Assembly (NCBI GenBank): GCA_903929035.1
Contig: CAIYTF010000084.1
Coordinates: 13,938-77,937 of the forward strand
Source: an uncultured Ignavibacteriales bacterium
GTDB taxonomy: Bacteria; Bacteroidota; Ignavibacteria; Ignavibacteriales; Ignavibacteriaceae
DNA: 64,000 nucleotides
Reading direction: 5' to 3'
Shown here: piece after piece, positions 41,032 through 51,553 of the stretch
Numbering within the stretch: the first letter of the stretch is position 1
Layout: every line of letters starts with the position of its first letter
The notes under the pieces: model-generated
What the model saw: the letters and a program-made list of their open reading frames with translations, nothing else
Told to the model about the DNA's origin: nothing
Databases searched by the model: none
Position numbers and translations under genes: made by a program

Positions 41032-41664
41032 ATGGAAAAAAAAGTTCTAGAAGCTGTTGCCAGAGATCAAATCTCAAAATCGGGACGCAGCACGTTACGT
41101 AAAACGGGGAAAGTACCGGGCATTTTGTATGCCAAGTCTTTGAAACCGGTCCCGTTTTCAGTTCTTGAAAATGCAATTAAGCCTTTCGTGTTTACCTCGG
41201 ATGCGCACATAATTAACCTGAAATTAGACAATCAGCAAGAATATGATTGTGTTCTTAAAGATGTCCAGTTCCACCCTGTCACCGATCGCGTTATTCACTT
41301 TGACCTGCAAGTGCTAGTGAGCGGCGAAAAAATCGAAATTGAAGTTCCTGTAACCTTGAAAGGCACTTCTGTCGGCGTTCGCGATGGCGGTCTGTTACAA
41401 CAATTCTACCATAAAATTTCTATCGAATGTTTACCTGCGAATATTCCTGAACACATTGAATTAGACATTACTAATTTAAAATTAGGAGATTCAATTCACG
41501 CCGGTGATATTAATATCGAAGGCATTGATATTTTGATTGGTGCTGAGAATGTTCTCGTTGCCGTAACTCATCCGCGTGCCAGTTCCGATGAGGCTCTTGA
41601 TGGTTCTGCAAGGACTGAACCTGAAGTGATTTCTAAAGGTAAAGATAAACAAACGGAAGAATAA
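41032..41664 (+). CDS. rplY: 50S ribosomal protein bL25/Ctc
   Basis: LRKTGKVPGILY, VQFHPV..HFDL, GVRDGG; ATG at 41032 after AGGAG. Confidence 0.93.
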   Translation: MEKKVLEAVARDQISKSGRSTLRKTGKVPGILYAKSLKPVPFSVLENAIKPFVFTSDAHIINLKLDNQQEYDCVLKDVQFHPVTDRVIHFDLQVLVSGEKIEIEVPVTLKGTSVGVRDGGLLQQFYHKISIECLPANIPEHIELDITNLKLGDSIHAGDINIEGIDILIGAENVLVAVTHPRASSDEALDGSARTEPEVISKGKDKQTEE

Positions 41665-41666
41665 AA

Positions 41667-42362
41667 GTGAGAGCGATAGTCGGAATCGGAAATCCGGGTG
41701 GCAGATACCAGCTCACAAGGCACAATGTAGGGTTTATGTTCTTAGATCATCTCGCGGAGAAATATAATATCTCTCTAATACCTTCGAGATCTGATTATTA
41801 CTATGCAGAGGGCACACAGGCGGGTCACAAGTTTGTATTGGTAAAACCAACTACATTTGTTAACAACTCCGGAAGTTCAATTGCACAATTTCTCCAGCAA
41901 TATAAGATCAAAACTGAAGATATGCTGGTGGTATATGATGATTTGAATATCCCGCTTTCTGAAATAAGAATTCGGTTTGGCGGCAGCCACGGTGGTCATA
42001 ATGGTATATATTCTTTAATTTATCATTTAAACTCCAACCAGTTTCCAAGAATCAGGATTGGTATCGGATCAGTTTATGACAAGGGAAAAATGGCGCAGTT
42101 TGTTCTCGGTAAGCTCACTTTTGAGGAGTACCAAGATGCGTTGACCGCGTTCGGCTACGCGGAACTTTTAATGGAAGCATTTGTCGAAGGGGGTATGAAG
42201 CAAATGTTAGACGAAAATAGCCAGATGCAAGACCCCGGACCTACAACCGGGCCAAATGCACGTATTATTGATCAGCCAAGTGCTGAAAATCAATCTCCTA
42301 AAGGTTCTGCTCCTCTTCCGGGAGTTTTTGAATCTTCATCTGGAGATGTACATTCTTTATAA
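41667..42362 (+). CDS. pth: Peptidyl-tRNA hydrolase
   Basis: GIGNPG..Y..TRHNVGF, KPTTFVN.SG, GGHNG. Confidence 0.95.
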   Translation: MRAIVGIGNPGGRYQLTRHNVGFMFLDHLAEKYNISLIPSRSDYYYAEGTQAGHKFVLVKPTTFVNNSGSSIAQFLQQYKIKTEDMLVVYDDLNIPLSEIRIRFGGSHGGHNGIYSLIYHLNSNQFPRIRIGIGSVYDKGKMAQFVLGKLTFEEYQDALTAFGYAELLMEAFVEGGMKQMLDENSQMQDPGPTTGPNARIIDQPSAENQSPKGSAPLPGVFESSSGDVHSL

Positions 42363-42396
42363 AGAAGAATAAAATTTAATTAACTACTTTATTTAA

Positions 42397-42446
42397 TCCT
42401 GTTCCCCTTACGCAACGGCGGAACCAATTTGTCCAAAGGAGAAAAA
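42397..42446 (+). promoter_or_regulatory. Probable S6:S18 ribosomal-protein leader
   Basis: TCCT can pair with SD AGGA; inner GTTCC/GGAAC stem; unpaired CCA immediately before AAGGAG, matching the CCR motif. Confidence 0.6.
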
Positions 42447-42863
42447 ATGCGAACTCATAGCTATGAAAGTGCTGTACTAATTAATGCGGCACTTGAAGAC
42501 GATATAATCGAGCAGATTATTACTAAACTGCAAGATTCCATCACGCAATATGGCGGTACCGTAAAACTTGTCGATAAATGGGGGCGGAAACGTCTTGCTT
42601 ATCCTATAAAGAAAAACAAAATCGGTTACTATGTTATCTTTCAATTCGATGCACCCGTTACAGCGATTGCTCAAATTGAAAGAATTTATCGCCTTGAGGA
42701 GTCAATCATTCGTTTCCTCAATCTTAAACTTAGCAAATTTGCACTTGAACACTTTGCCGATCAAAAAGCAAAAGAAGCAGCTGCAAAAGTTCTTGAAGTA
42801 GCCCCTGTTACTTCTACCACCGTACAAGAAGCTGCTGTTGCTGTTCCGAAAACGGAAAAATAG
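42447..42863 (+). CDS. rpsF: 30S ribosomal protein bS6
   Basis: YE...I, WGRKRLAYPI, GYY. Confidence 0.95.
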   Translation: MRTHSYESAVLINAALEDDIIEQIITKLQDSITQYGGTVKLVDKWGRKRLAYPIKKNKIGYYVIFQFDAPVTAIAQIERIYRLEESIIRFLNLKLSKFALEHFADQKAKEAAAKVLEVAPVTSTTVQEAAVAVPKTEK

Positions 42864-42941
42864 TGATATTTATAAGTTTGGCGGCACGAGCTATTATTTT
42901 ATTAAACAAGTAAATAAAAGAAGAAATAAGAAAGATTGAAA

Positions 42942-43172
42942 ATGAAACCATTGATGAAAACAAAGAAAGTATGCCGGTTTACCGAGATTGGTGTAAAGTA
43001 TATTGATTATAAGGATATTAAACTCTTGCAACGGTTTGTTTCCGAGCAGGGAAGAATAATTCCAAAACGCATTACCGGAACAAAAGCCGGGTATCACCGT
43101 GAATTAACACTTGCCATCAAGCGTGCGCGTCATATGGCGTTACTCCCTTACGTTTCCGATAGCGTCCGTTAA
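42942..43172 (+). CDS. rpsR: 30S ribosomal protein bS18
   Basis: [28 protein letters not shown]. Confidence 0.96.
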   Translation: MKPLMKTKKVCRFTEIGVKYIDYKDIKLLQRFVSEQGRIIPKRITGTKAGYHRELTLAIKRARHMALLPYVSDSVR

Positions 43173-43192
43173 TCGGCAGAAAGGATATATAA

Positions 43193-43639
43193 ATGAAAGT
43201 TATTTTAAGAAAATCTATTGAATCGCTGGGAAAACTTGGAGATATTATCACCGTGGCAGATGGTTACGCGCTTAATTATCTAATTCCCCGCAGCTATGCT
43301 TTTCAGGCATCAAAAGGAAATATTCTCGCTTTTACCGAAGAGAAGAAACATATCGAAAAACTTCACAGGAAAGAGGTAAGTGCTTCCAAAAGTATTGCAG
43401 ATAAATTGAACGATGAAAAAGTTCAAATTATGGTGCAGGTAGGTGAAGAGGATAAACTCTTTGGTGCTGTAACATCGCAAAACATTGTTGATGCTCTGGC
43501 TGAAAAAGGATACGACATTGATAAACGCAAAATTCAACTTGATGAGCCTATCAAAGCCTTGGGCATTTTCGATGTTGCTATTAAGCTGCATCCTGAAGTC
43601 ATAGCGAAAGTGAAAGTCTGGGTTGTCAGAGAAAACTGA
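43193..43639 (+). CDS. rplI: 50S ribosomal protein bL9
   Basis: MKVIL, GYALNYLIP, KLFGAVT, PIKALG. Confidence 0.96.
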   Translation: MKVILRKSIESLGKLGDIITVADGYALNYLIPRSYAFQASKGNILAFTEEKKHIEKLHRKEVSASKSIADKLNDEKVQIMVQVGEEDKLFGAVTSQNIVDALAEKGYDIDKRKIQLDEPIKALGIFDVAIKLHPEVIAKVKVWVVREN

Positions 43640-43670
43640 TTTATTCTAAATAATTTCCCTCTCTTTAAAG

Positions 43671-43700
43671 AAAAAGGCTGCCATAATGGGCAGCCTTTTT
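43671..43700 (+). terminator. Intrinsic terminator after rplI
   Basis: AAAAAGGCTGCC-loop-GGCAGCCTTTTT. Confidence 0.85.
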
Positions 43701-43896
43701 CAGTTGAGCATATCTGTTATAACAGATTGATAAATTTATATTTGAGAACAGAAACGAATGAATAATAGACACGAAGTCAAGAAAGAGTGAAAATAGTGTA
43801 TAGAATAAAACAAAAATTTATCGCGGGATGATAAAAAGCCTGAAGCGTGAATACCACGAAAAATAGATCGCTTCATAAAATTTCATCTATAGTATT

Positions 43897-44020
43897 ATCT
43901 TTGTTTTTTATGTCAAGATATTTTGTAGTGTTCGTATAACTTACAGTATAATAGTTAGTTACAGGCACAAAAAAACATTCCGACTTTTAAACTTTTTTGA
44001 CCGCGGTTTACCGCCCTATG
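43897..44020 (+). repeat. 124-bp dispersed intergenic repeat, copy 1
   Basis: Reverse complement of 55432-55555 with about 6 mismatches. Confidence 0.9.
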
Positions 44021-44092
44021 GATACCTTTTTTGAGTGAACTCATAAATGCCATTATTTTTTGCCGCGCACGTTAAAAACCCATTTCTAATAC

Positions 44093-44121
44093 TTGCATAT
44101 AATTTTGGTTTAAGATATTTT
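44093..44121 (+). promoter_or_regulatory. Putative sigma70-type promoter for smpB
   Basis: TTGCAT-N17-TATTTT shortly before the ATG. Confidence 0.5.
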
Positions 44122-44137
44122 TAGACTTTAGATATTT

Positions 44138-44596
44138 ATGAATGAGCAAACCAAGATTTCAACAATCGCGGTAAACCGCAAAGCCCGCTATGATTATGCA
44201 GTTCTTCAAACTTATGAAGCAGGTATAGTTTTGACCGGAACTGAAGTTAAATCTCTGCGGCAAAATAAGCTTAATATGACCGATGGATATGGGGTTATCA
44301 GAAAAGGTGAAATCTGGCTGATAAGCGTACATATTCCGGAATACACTCAAGGTAATATAAATAATCACGATCCTTGGCGCGATAAAAAGCTGCTTTTACA
44401 TAAGAACGAGATTAGAAAAATAAAATTCCGAGTGGAAGAAAAAGGGTTGACTCTTGTCCCGCTTTCATTCTATTTGAAGAACGGGAAAGTGAAAGTTGAA
44501 ATTGGTCTCGCGCAAGGAAAAAAATCTTATGACAAAAGAGAAGCAATAGCTAAAAAAGATTTTCAACGATCTGAAGACAGAAAAGTTAAGTTGTAG
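44138..44596 (+). CDS. smpB: SsrA-binding protein
   Basis: NRKARYDY, EAGIVLTGTEVKSLR, GKKSYDKR. Confidence 0.97.
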   Translation: MNEQTKISTIAVNRKARYDYAVLQTYEAGIVLTGTEVKSLRQNKLNMTDGYGVIRKGEIWLISVHIPEYTQGNINNHDPWRDKKLLLHKNEIRKIKFRVEEKGLTLVPLSFYLKNGKVKVEIGLAQGKKSYDKREAIAKKDFQRSEDRKVKL

Positions 44597-44645
44597 TTAT
44601 GTATAAGTTATTCTTTAAAGATTATTAAAGTTAGGAGCAGGATTT

Positions 44646-45872
44646 TTGCACCCAATATTCCCCCCGCTCAATGAGCAAATGGATATCATCCGTAGAGGAG
44701 CCTCTGAAATTATTCCGGAAGGAGAATTAGTAAAAAAACTTGAAAAGTCAATTAATCAAAACAAACCGCTTATTATTAAATTAGGCTGCGACCCAAGCAG
44801 ACCGGACTTACATATTGGGCACTCTGTTGTATTGAGAAAACTCGCTCAATTTCAAGAGCTTGGACATCAGGCGGTTCTTATCATTGGTGATTTCACCGGT
44901 ATGATTGGCGACCCAACCGGAAGAAATGAGACACGCCCGGCTCTTTCCTTAGAACAAGCCAGAGAAAACGGACAAAGCTATTTCGAACAAGCCTCAAAGA
45001 TATTACATCCCGAGAAAACGCGGATGATAAATAATTCCACTTGGCTTGCCAAAATGAGTTTTGAGGATGTAATTAAACTTGCTTCAAAATATACTGTTGC
45101 CAGAATGCTTGAGCGGGATGACTTTACCAAACGATTCAAAGGCGGTGAACCCATTTCTATCCACGAATTCCTATACCCTCTCGCGCAGGCAATGGATTCA
45201 GTGGCAATTAATAGCGATGTTGAACTTGGCGGAACGGATCAAAAGTTCAATCTACTTGTCGGACGTGATATGCAAAGAGAATTTGAACAAGAACCGCAGG
45301 TGATTTTAACTATGCCTTTGCTGGTTGGAACTGACGGTATTGAGAAAATGAGCAAATCGTATAACAACTACATCGGTATCTCTGATCTGCCTTCCGAGAT
45401 ATACGGGAAAACTCTTTCAATTGCAGATAATCTTATTTATACGTATTACGAATTAGCAACTAATATTTCAAATTCTGAGCTTACTACAGTGAAAGAACAT
45501 CTAAGTGATTCTTCTATAAATCCCAGAAACATTAAACGTGCTCTCGCGAGAAAATTAGTTGAGATGTATCACAGCATAGATGCTGCTGCACAAGCTGAAG
45601 TAGCCTTCGATAAACTTTTCATAAAAAAAGAAATCCCTGATGATATTGAAACAGTTACATTCAATAATCTGAATAGCACTATTAGCATAATTGATTTATT
45701 ACTGCAATACAATCTTGTAACATCAAAATCAGAGGCACGCCGAATGATTCAGCAAGGCGGAACAACTATTGACGGATTAAAGATAACTGACCCAAATTCA
45801 GCATTAGAATTTAAAGCCGAGCATATAATAAAAGTCGGTAAACGTAAATTTTTGAAATTAATTAAACAATAA
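44646..45872 (+). CDS. tyrS: Tyrosine-tRNA ligase
   Basis: GCDPS..DLHIGH, GGTDQKFN, KMSKS; C-terminal S4 domain. Confidence 0.97.
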   Translation: MHPIFPPLNEQMDIIRRGASEIIPEGELVKKLEKSINQNKPLIIKLGCDPSRPDLHIGHSVVLRKLAQFQELGHQAVLIIGDFTGMIGDPTGRNETRPALSLEQARENGQSYFEQASKILHPEKTRMINNSTWLAKMSFEDVIKLASKYTVARMLERDDFTKRFKGGEPISIHEFLYPLAQAMDSVAINSDVELGGTDQKFNLLVGRDMQREFEQEPQVILTMPLLVGTDGIEKMSKSYNNYIGISDLPSEIYGKTLSIADNLIYTYYELATNISNSELTTVKEHLSDSSINPRNIKRALARKLVEMYHSIDAAAQAEVAFDKLFIKKEIPDDIETVTFNNLNSTISIIDLLLQYNLVTSKSEARRMIQQGGTTIDGLKITDPNSALEFKAEHIIKVGKRKFLKLIKQ

Positions 45873-45896
45873 AAGAAAAAGAAAGGAGATGATAAT

Positions 45897-46442
45897 TTGT
45901 ATGTACCCTCTAAAATATTCTTCACCAAAGGTGTCGGTAAACACAAAGAGTATCTGACCTCATTTGAGTTAGCACTTCGCAATGCCGGTATTGAAAAGTG
46001 TAATCTTGTAACAGTTAGCAGTATATTTCCTGTTGGATGTAAAAGAATTTCTAAAGAAGAAGGTTTGAAATTACTATCAGCAGGCCAAATTACTTTCTGC
46101 GTTATGGCAAGAAATTCAACTAATGAACCGAACCGATTAATTGCTTCATCTATTGGCGTAGCCATTCCTGCCGATCCGGATCAATATGGTTATCTTTCTG
46201 AGCACCATCCTTACGGCGAAACCGAGAAAATTGCAGGTGACTATGCAGAAGATTTAGCTGCTACTATGCTGGCAACAACTCTGGGAGTTGAATTCAATCC
46301 TGATATAGACTGGAGTGAACGCGAAAATATATATAAAATGAGCGGCAAAATAGTTCGTTCGTTTAATATTACTCAGTCTGCCGAGGGCGATAGAGTTGGG
46401 TTATGGACAACGGTCATTGCAGTTGGTGTTTTGTTACCTTAA
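45897..46442 (+). CDS. pdaD: Pyruvoyl-dependent arginine decarboxylase
   Basis: [19 protein letters not shown] self-cleavage motif; YGYLSEHH. Confidence 0.9.
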   Translation: MYVPSKIFFTKGVGKHKEYLTSFELALRNAGIEKCNLVTVSSIFPVGCKRISKEEGLKLLSAGQITFCVMARNSTNEPNRLIASSIGVAIPADPDQYGYLSEHHPYGETEKIAGDYAEDLAATMLATTLGVEFNPDIDWSERENIYKMSGKIVRSFNITQSAEGDRVGLWTTVIAVGVLLP

Positions 46443-46463
46443 CCATTTGTATTCAATTTTAAG

Positions 46464-46493
46464 AAAGCGGTGTTATTTGATACCGCTTTTTTT
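46464..46493 (+). terminator. Intrinsic terminator after pdaD
   Basis: AAAGCGGTG-loop-TACCGCTTTTTTT. Confidence 0.8.
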
Positions 46494-46695
46494 ATCTCCG
46501 TCCCGGCAATTTCATTCGTCCGAAAATTGTTTCGGGAATCGCAATTTCAGAAAGTCTAAAAGCTTATTTATCGTAGTGTAATTTTAAATGATTATTTGCA
46601 ATAACTATCAATTCTTTCATTTTTTATATTTATTTTTTAGAATATGAAAAAAAATTATTATTCACTAACTTAGATACTGAAAATAAATAATATTC

Positions 46696-46768
46696 GGGGC
46701 TGTAGCTTAATTGGTATAGCACCTCGTTCGCAACGAGGAGGTTGGCGGTTCGAGTCCGCTCAGCTCCA
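46696..46768 (+). tRNA. tRNA-Ala (anticodon CGC), CCA not encoded
   Basis: Acceptor GGGGCTG/CAGCTCC with G3:U70; anticodon arm CCTCG-TTCGCAA-CGAGG; T-loop GGTTCGAGTCC. Confidence 0.95.
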
Positions 46769-46814
46769 CAACTATTTTTTGTAACTTTACATTATTATTT
46801 AGAAACGAATTGAA

Positions 46815-47183
46815 ATGATTGAATCTTATATACCAATTTTCCTCGTGTTTGGATTTGCTATACTCTTTTCACTCGCGGTTGTGTTTTCTTCGAGTCTGTT
46901 CGGGCCGCAGCGTCCCAATGCCGAAAAAATGACAACTTACGAAAGCGGGGTCAAACCTATTGGTTTGGCAAACGAAAGGGTGTCAGTTAAGTATTATCTT
47001 GTAGCGATGCTTTTTATTATTTTCGATCTTGAAGTAATTTTCGTGTATCCGTGGGCTGTAAAGTTCAAATCACTTTATGCACAGCAAGGCATTCAGGTAT
47101 TTTGGGCAATGATTGTATTTCTTACAGTTTTTGAAGTTGGATTTCTTTATGCATTTAAAAAGGGAGGTTTCAAATGGGATTAG
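46815..47183 (+). CDS. nuoA: NADH-quinone oxidoreductase subunit A
   Basis: [18 protein letters not shown]. Confidence 0.95.
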   Translation: MIESYIPIFLVFGFAILFSLAVVFSSSLFGPQRPNAEKMTTYESGVKPIGLANERVSVKYYLVAMLFIIFDLEVIFVYPWAVKFKSLYAQQGIQVFWAMIVFLTVFEVGFLYAFKKGGFKWD

Positions 47184-47686
47184 AAGCTGTTTTAACACGG
47201 GATGGTTACTTAACCACAACCATAGATGTGCTGGCTGCTTGGGCAAGAAAAGGTTCTGTGTGGCCTATGCCTATGGGTATTTCCTGCTGTGCAATTGAAA
47301 TGATGGCTGCCGGCGACCCAAAATATGATATAGCGCGTTTCGGTTCTGAAGTGATGCGTTTTACTCCACGCCAATGCGACCTTATGATTGTTGCAGGGAC
47401 TGTGACATATAAAATGGCGAAAGTCGTCCGCAAAATTTATGACCAGATGCCGGAGCCAAAATGGGTTATCGCTATGGGTGCCTGTACATCTACAGGCGGA
47501 ATGTATCGTTCGTACAACGTGGTACAAGGAATCGATCAATTTCTTCCGGTGGATGTGTATGCCGGCGGCTGTCCACCGAGACCTGATAATTTACTGAATG
47601 CCTTGATTCAGATTCAAGATAAGATAAACCACTCGCGCGCGCGCGATTTTCAAAACATTACAGAAGAGGAAGCGGCATTACTCTAA
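47174..47686 (+). CDS. nuoB: NADH-quinone oxidoreductase subunit B
   Basis: [17 protein letters not shown]. Confidence 0.96.
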   Translation: MGLEAVLTRDGYLTTTIDVLAAWARKGSVWPMPMGISCCAIEMMAAGDPKYDIARFGSEVMRFTPRQCDLMIVAGTVTYKMAKVVRKIYDQMPEPKWVIAMGACTSTGGMYRSYNVVQGIDQFLPVDVYAGGCPPRPDNLLNALIQIQDKINHSRARDFQNITEEEAALL

Positions 47687-48174
47687 TGGAACTACTAAAT
47701 AAAATTCTTGAAATTGTTAACACGGCAATTCTTTCCGCGAACGGAACAATATCAGAGTTCCGCGGTGATTTTGTTCTTACGGTAAAGAGTTCCCAAATTA
47801 TACAAATTGCAGAGTTGTTAAAGAATCATCCCGAATTGCAGTTTAAGTTGTGCGAAGATATTACAGCGGTGGATTGGGCAACACGCGAAAACAGATTCTC
47901 GGTTGTGTATCACCTGTTCAGCCTGCTCCATTCATTCAGGCTGCGCGTAGTTACGGTGCTTGAAGGCAGCGGGACAGCGATTGACACTGTTACATCTATA
48001 TGGAAAACTGCAAACTGGCAGGAGCGCGAGGCTTACGATATGTATGGCATTGAATTTAAAAATCACCCCGATTTACGCCGTATGTATATGCCCGAAGAAT
48101 TTGAGTATTATCCTTTGAGAAAGGAATTTCCCTTACTCGGTATCCCCGGCTCCCTTCCACTCCCGAAGAAATAG
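47686..48174 (+). CDS. nuoC: NADH-quinone oxidoreductase subunit C
   Basis: ANWQEREAYDMYGI.F..HPDLRR, PLRKEFP. Confidence 0.95.
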   Translation: MELLNKILEIVNTAILSANGTISEFRGDFVLTVKSSQIIQIAELLKNHPELQFKLCEDITAVDWATRENRFSVVYHLFSLLHSFRLRVVTVLEGSGTAIDTVTSIWKTANWQEREAYDMYGIEFKNHPDLRRMYMPEEFEYYPLRKEFPLLGIPGSLPLPKK

Positions 48175-48180
48175 GCAAAT

Positions 48181-49434
48181 ATGGAAAAATTAACTAAGAA
48201 CGATGTTCACCCGAAAATTGTACAAGCACTTCTTGATATCAATTCTGATATCACGGTAGAAGATGTGCTTGACAATGAAATGATTTTGAATATGGGACCT
48301 CAGCACCCTGCAACCCACGGTGTTTTGCGTCTCCTGTTAAGATTAGACGGCGAAACCGTGGTTGCCTGTGTTCCGGAGCTGGGATATTTACATCGCGGTT
48401 ACGAGAAAATGGCAGAGAATATGAACTATCTCGATTTCATTCCTCATACCGACCGTTTAGACTATCTTTCCCCTCCCGCGAACAACGTGGCTTACGCGCT
48501 TGCAGTTGAAAAACTTATCGGCATTGAAGCCCCCAAACGCGCTCAATATATTCGTATGATTGTCACAGAGCTTGCCCGTATGGGTTCCCATCTCGTGGCT
48601 ATTGGTGCGCTCGCGATGGATGTTGGCGCGCTGACAGTGTTCCTCTGGACATTGCGTGAGCGGGAAAAAATAATGGATTTATTTGACTTAGTTTGCGGTG
48701 CAAGATTCACCACAAGTTATACCCGCATTGGCGGTGTCGCGCAGGATCTATCACCGGATGCTATCAGTAAAATCAAGGATTTTATTGGTCAGTTCAACAA
48801 AAAATTGAACGAAGTGGAAAACCTGCTCAACGGCAACAGGATATTCATCGAGCGGCTTGAAGGCATTGGTGTTATCTCGGCTGAAGATGCACTAAGTTAT
48901 GGACTCACGGGACCAAGTTTGCGCGGCAGCGGAGTTAAGCACGATTTACGCAAAGCTACTCCGTACCTTTTTTATAATGAAATTGATTTTGATGTTCCGG
49001 TATTTACTGAAGGTGACTGCCTCGCGCGGTATTTTGTTCGCGCGGATGAATTGCGCGAAAGCGCGAAAATTATTTCGCAATGCCTCGTGCAGATTCCGGA
49101 AGGCGAGGTTATGCTGAACAGCCCGAAAAAAGTATTGCCGAGGAAAACCGAGATTTATTCACGGATGGAAGAACTGATTCACGATTTTATGATTGTGAAT
49201 TTTGGTGTAAATCCTCCTGTCGGAGAAATTTATTCCGCGGTAGAAAACCCGAAAGGTGAACTTGGGTTCTATATTGTCAGTAAAGGCGAAGGACACCCTT
49301 GGAAAATGAAAATCCGCTCCCCTTCTTTCATTAACTTGCAGGCAATTCCGCATTTAGTTAAAGGACATTTAGTATCGGATGTTGTTGCCATCATCGGCAG
49401 CTTGGACCCTGTTATGGGTGAAGCAGACAAGTAA
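48181..49434 (+). CDS. nuoD: NADH-quinone oxidoreductase subunit D
   Basis: NMGPQHPATHGVLR, GYLHRG.EK, ENPKGELG. Confidence 0.96.
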   Translation: MEKLTKNDVHPKIVQALLDINSDITVEDVLDNEMILNMGPQHPATHGVLRLLLRLDGETVVACVPELGYLHRGYEKMAENMNYLDFIPHTDRLDYLSPPANNVAYALAVEKLIGIEAPKRAQYIRMIVTELARMGSHLVAIGALAMDVGALTVFLWTLREREKIMDLFDLVCGARFTTSYTRIGGVAQDLSPDAISKIKDFIGQFNKKLNEVENLLNGNRIFIERLEGIGVISAEDALSYGLTGPSLRGSGVKHDLRKATPYLFYNEIDFDVPVFTEGDCLARYFVRADELRESAKIISQCLVQIPEGEVMLNSPKKVLPRKTEIYSRMEELIHDFMIVNFGVNPPVGEIYSAVENPKGELGFYIVSKGEGHPWKMKIRSPSFINLQAIPHLVKGHLVSDVVAIIGSLDPVMGEADK

Positions 49435-49556
49435 GTTAATGGTGAATTATTAATTGTTAATGGTAAATTGGCAGCTATTTGCTGAAATTCAAACCGAGTA
49501 CCTAAACAATCACGTAAATTAACCATTAGAATTAATCATTAATAACTAATAATTAA
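49435..49556. repeat. Inverted pair of degenerate heptamer tandem arrays between nuoD and nuoE
   Basis: GTTAATG GTGAATT ATTAATT GTTAATG GTAAATT at 49435-49469; complementary units at 49517-49556. Confidence 0.7.
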
Positions 49557-49560
49557 GATT

Positions 49561-50034
49561 ATGAATTTTTCTTTTACTCAGGAAAACTTAGATAAAATAG
49601 AGAAGGTATTGGCGAAATACCCTGATAAACAGTCAGCTGTAATGCCTGTTCTCTATATCGCGCAGGAACAAAACGGATACGTTTCCATTGAAGTAACGCG
49701 TGAGGTTGCACGCGTTCTCGAGATGGATGAAACAGATGTTCTTGGTGTTGCCACGTTCTATTCAATGTATCACGAAAACGAACCTGGGAAATATCATATT
49801 CAAGTGTGTACAAGTGTGTCCTGTATGCTGCACGGCGGAAATGATATTTTCAATGCAGTAAAAGCCAAACTTGGTGTTAAGCGCGGCGGAACAACGCCAG
49901 ACAAGAAATTTTCACTTGAAGAAGTTGAATGTATGGGCAGCTGCGGCACTTCACCTATGATGGTGATAAATGAAGATTACTATGAAAATCTTACGCCTGA
50001 AAAGGCTCTACAAATTATTGAATCGTTGAAGTAA
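49561..50034 (+). CDS. nuoE: NADH-quinone oxidoreductase subunit E
   Basis: VCTSVSC and ECMGSC 2Fe-2S ligands; ATFY. Confidence 0.95.
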   Translation: MNFSFTQENLDKIEKVLAKYPDKQSAVMPVLYIAQEQNGYVSIEVTREVARVLEMDETDVLGVATFYSMYHENEPGKYHIQVCTSVSCMLHGGNDIFNAVKAKLGVKRGGTTPDKKFSLEEVECMGSCGTSPMMVINEDYYENLTPEKALQIIESLK

Positions 50035-50047
50035 CCGGAATCTGAAA

Positions 50048-51370
50048 ATGGAAAAAATAGTTCTTCCTGATATTGAAAACTTGCACAAACTTGATGTATA
50101 TATTGCCAATGACGGTTATTCCTCAGCTAAATTAGCATTCACTCAATCACCCGATGAAATTATTGACCAAGTTAAAAAATCAGGTCTTCGCGGGCGCGGC
50201 GGCGCGGCTTTTTCGGCGGGACTCAAGTGGAGCTTTATGCCGAAATCAACTGCAAAACCCAAATATCTATGCATTAATGGCGATGAAAGCGAGCCGGGAT
50301 CATTCAAGGACAGGCAAATTTTTGAATATAACCCGCATCAATTGATTGAAGGCATTCTAATAGCCGCCTACGCGATTCAGGCAAAAAAGTGTTACATATA
50401 TATCCGCGGTGAATATCACAAATGGGTAAAGCTGATGCAGGATGCTTTGGATGCGGCTTATAATGCCGGTTTTATTGGTGAAAAGATGAAAGAAACATTC
50501 GGTACAGAGTTTGTTTGTGATATTTATATTCACAAAGGAGCAGGCGCGTACGTATGCGGTGAAGAATCATCCTTAATGAATTCCATTGAAGGAAAGCGCG
50601 GATATCCAAGGGTAAAGCCTCCTTTTCCTGCTCACGTTGGCTTATGGGGCTGCCCAACCACGATTAACAATGTTGAAACACTTACGAATGTCCCGCCTAT
50701 CATCAAAAAAGGCTGGGAATGGTTCTCTAAAATCGGCGAGCCGAAACACCCGGGCACATTGCTCTTTGGGGTAAGCGGGCACGTCAATAAACCAGGCGTG
50801 TATGAATTGCCATCCGGAACACTATTGACGGACATTATTTACAACTATGCAGGCGGCATTCCGGGTGATAAGAAAATTAAATGTGTAATTCCCGGCGGTT
50901 CCTCGATGCCGGCTCTGCGGGGAGACAGTCTCGAAGGAATTAAAATGGACGCGGAATCACTGCGTGCGGCAGGTTCAGCAATCGGTACCGGCGGTATTAT
51001 GGTAATGGATGAAGACACCGATTTGGTGAAAGTTCTCGCGAGAATCGCGAAATTCTACCATCACGAAAGCTGCGGGCAATGCACCCCTTGCCGTGAAGGT
51101 ACCGGATGGATGGTTAAAGTCCTCAACAGAATCGCGATCGGTGAAGGCTCAAAAAAGGATATAGATTTACTCATATCAATTGCCGGAAACATAGAAGGCA
51201 ATACAGTATGCGCGTTAGGCGAAGCAGCAGCGTGGCCCGTGAGATTTATGATAACCCGCTTCCGTGACGAATTCGAAGCGCGAGTATCCGGGCACATAGC
51301 GCGGGATGTAAGCAACAAGGTTCACTCAATGCGAAACACTAAAAATCCACTCGTGCCGGTGGAACATTAG
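50048..51370 (+). CDS. nuoF: NADH-quinone oxidoreductase subunit F
   Basis: SGLRGRGGA.F, DESEPG, GAGAYVCGEE, ESCGQCTPCREG. Confidence 0.96.
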   Translation: MEKIVLPDIENLHKLDVYIANDGYSSAKLAFTQSPDEIIDQVKKSGLRGRGGAAFSAGLKWSFMPKSTAKPKYLCINGDESEPGSFKDRQIFEYNPHQLIEGILIAAYAIQAKKCYIYIRGEYHKWVKLMQDALDAAYNAGFIGEKMKETFGTEFVCDIYIHKGAGAYVCGEESSLMNSIEGKRGYPRVKPPFPAHVGLWGCPTTINNVETLTNVPPIIKKGWEWFSKIGEPKHPGTLLFGVSGHVNKPGVYELPSGTLLTDIIYNYAGGIPGDKKIKCVIPGGSSMPALRGDSLEGIKMDAESLRAAGSAIGTGGIMVMDEDTDLVKVLARIAKFYHHESCGQCTPCREGTGWMVKVLNRIAIGEGSKKDIDLLISIAGNIEGNTVCALGEAAAWPVRFMITRFRDEFEARVSGHIARDVSNKVHSMRNTKNPLVPVEH

Positions 51371-51553
51371 TTTGAAGTGCATATTTACGAGTGAAATATT
51401 TGTATGTTATAGAAAGGCACAAGCTGCATCTATCTGCCCGCTTGAATATGTAGGCAGCAAATGGTAAAATTTAGGTGTTGTAGCAGCACTTTTCGGTTTT
51501 GATTAGCACAATTCAATTATTATTTTCATTTTCCTCAAACAATAAAGGTTATT

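Noticed and set aside
43908..43960. Possible dif/Xer site in the 124-bp repeat (TTATGTCAA and GTTCGTATAA)
   Set aside because: Arms are in the wrong order and not separated by a 6-bp spacer
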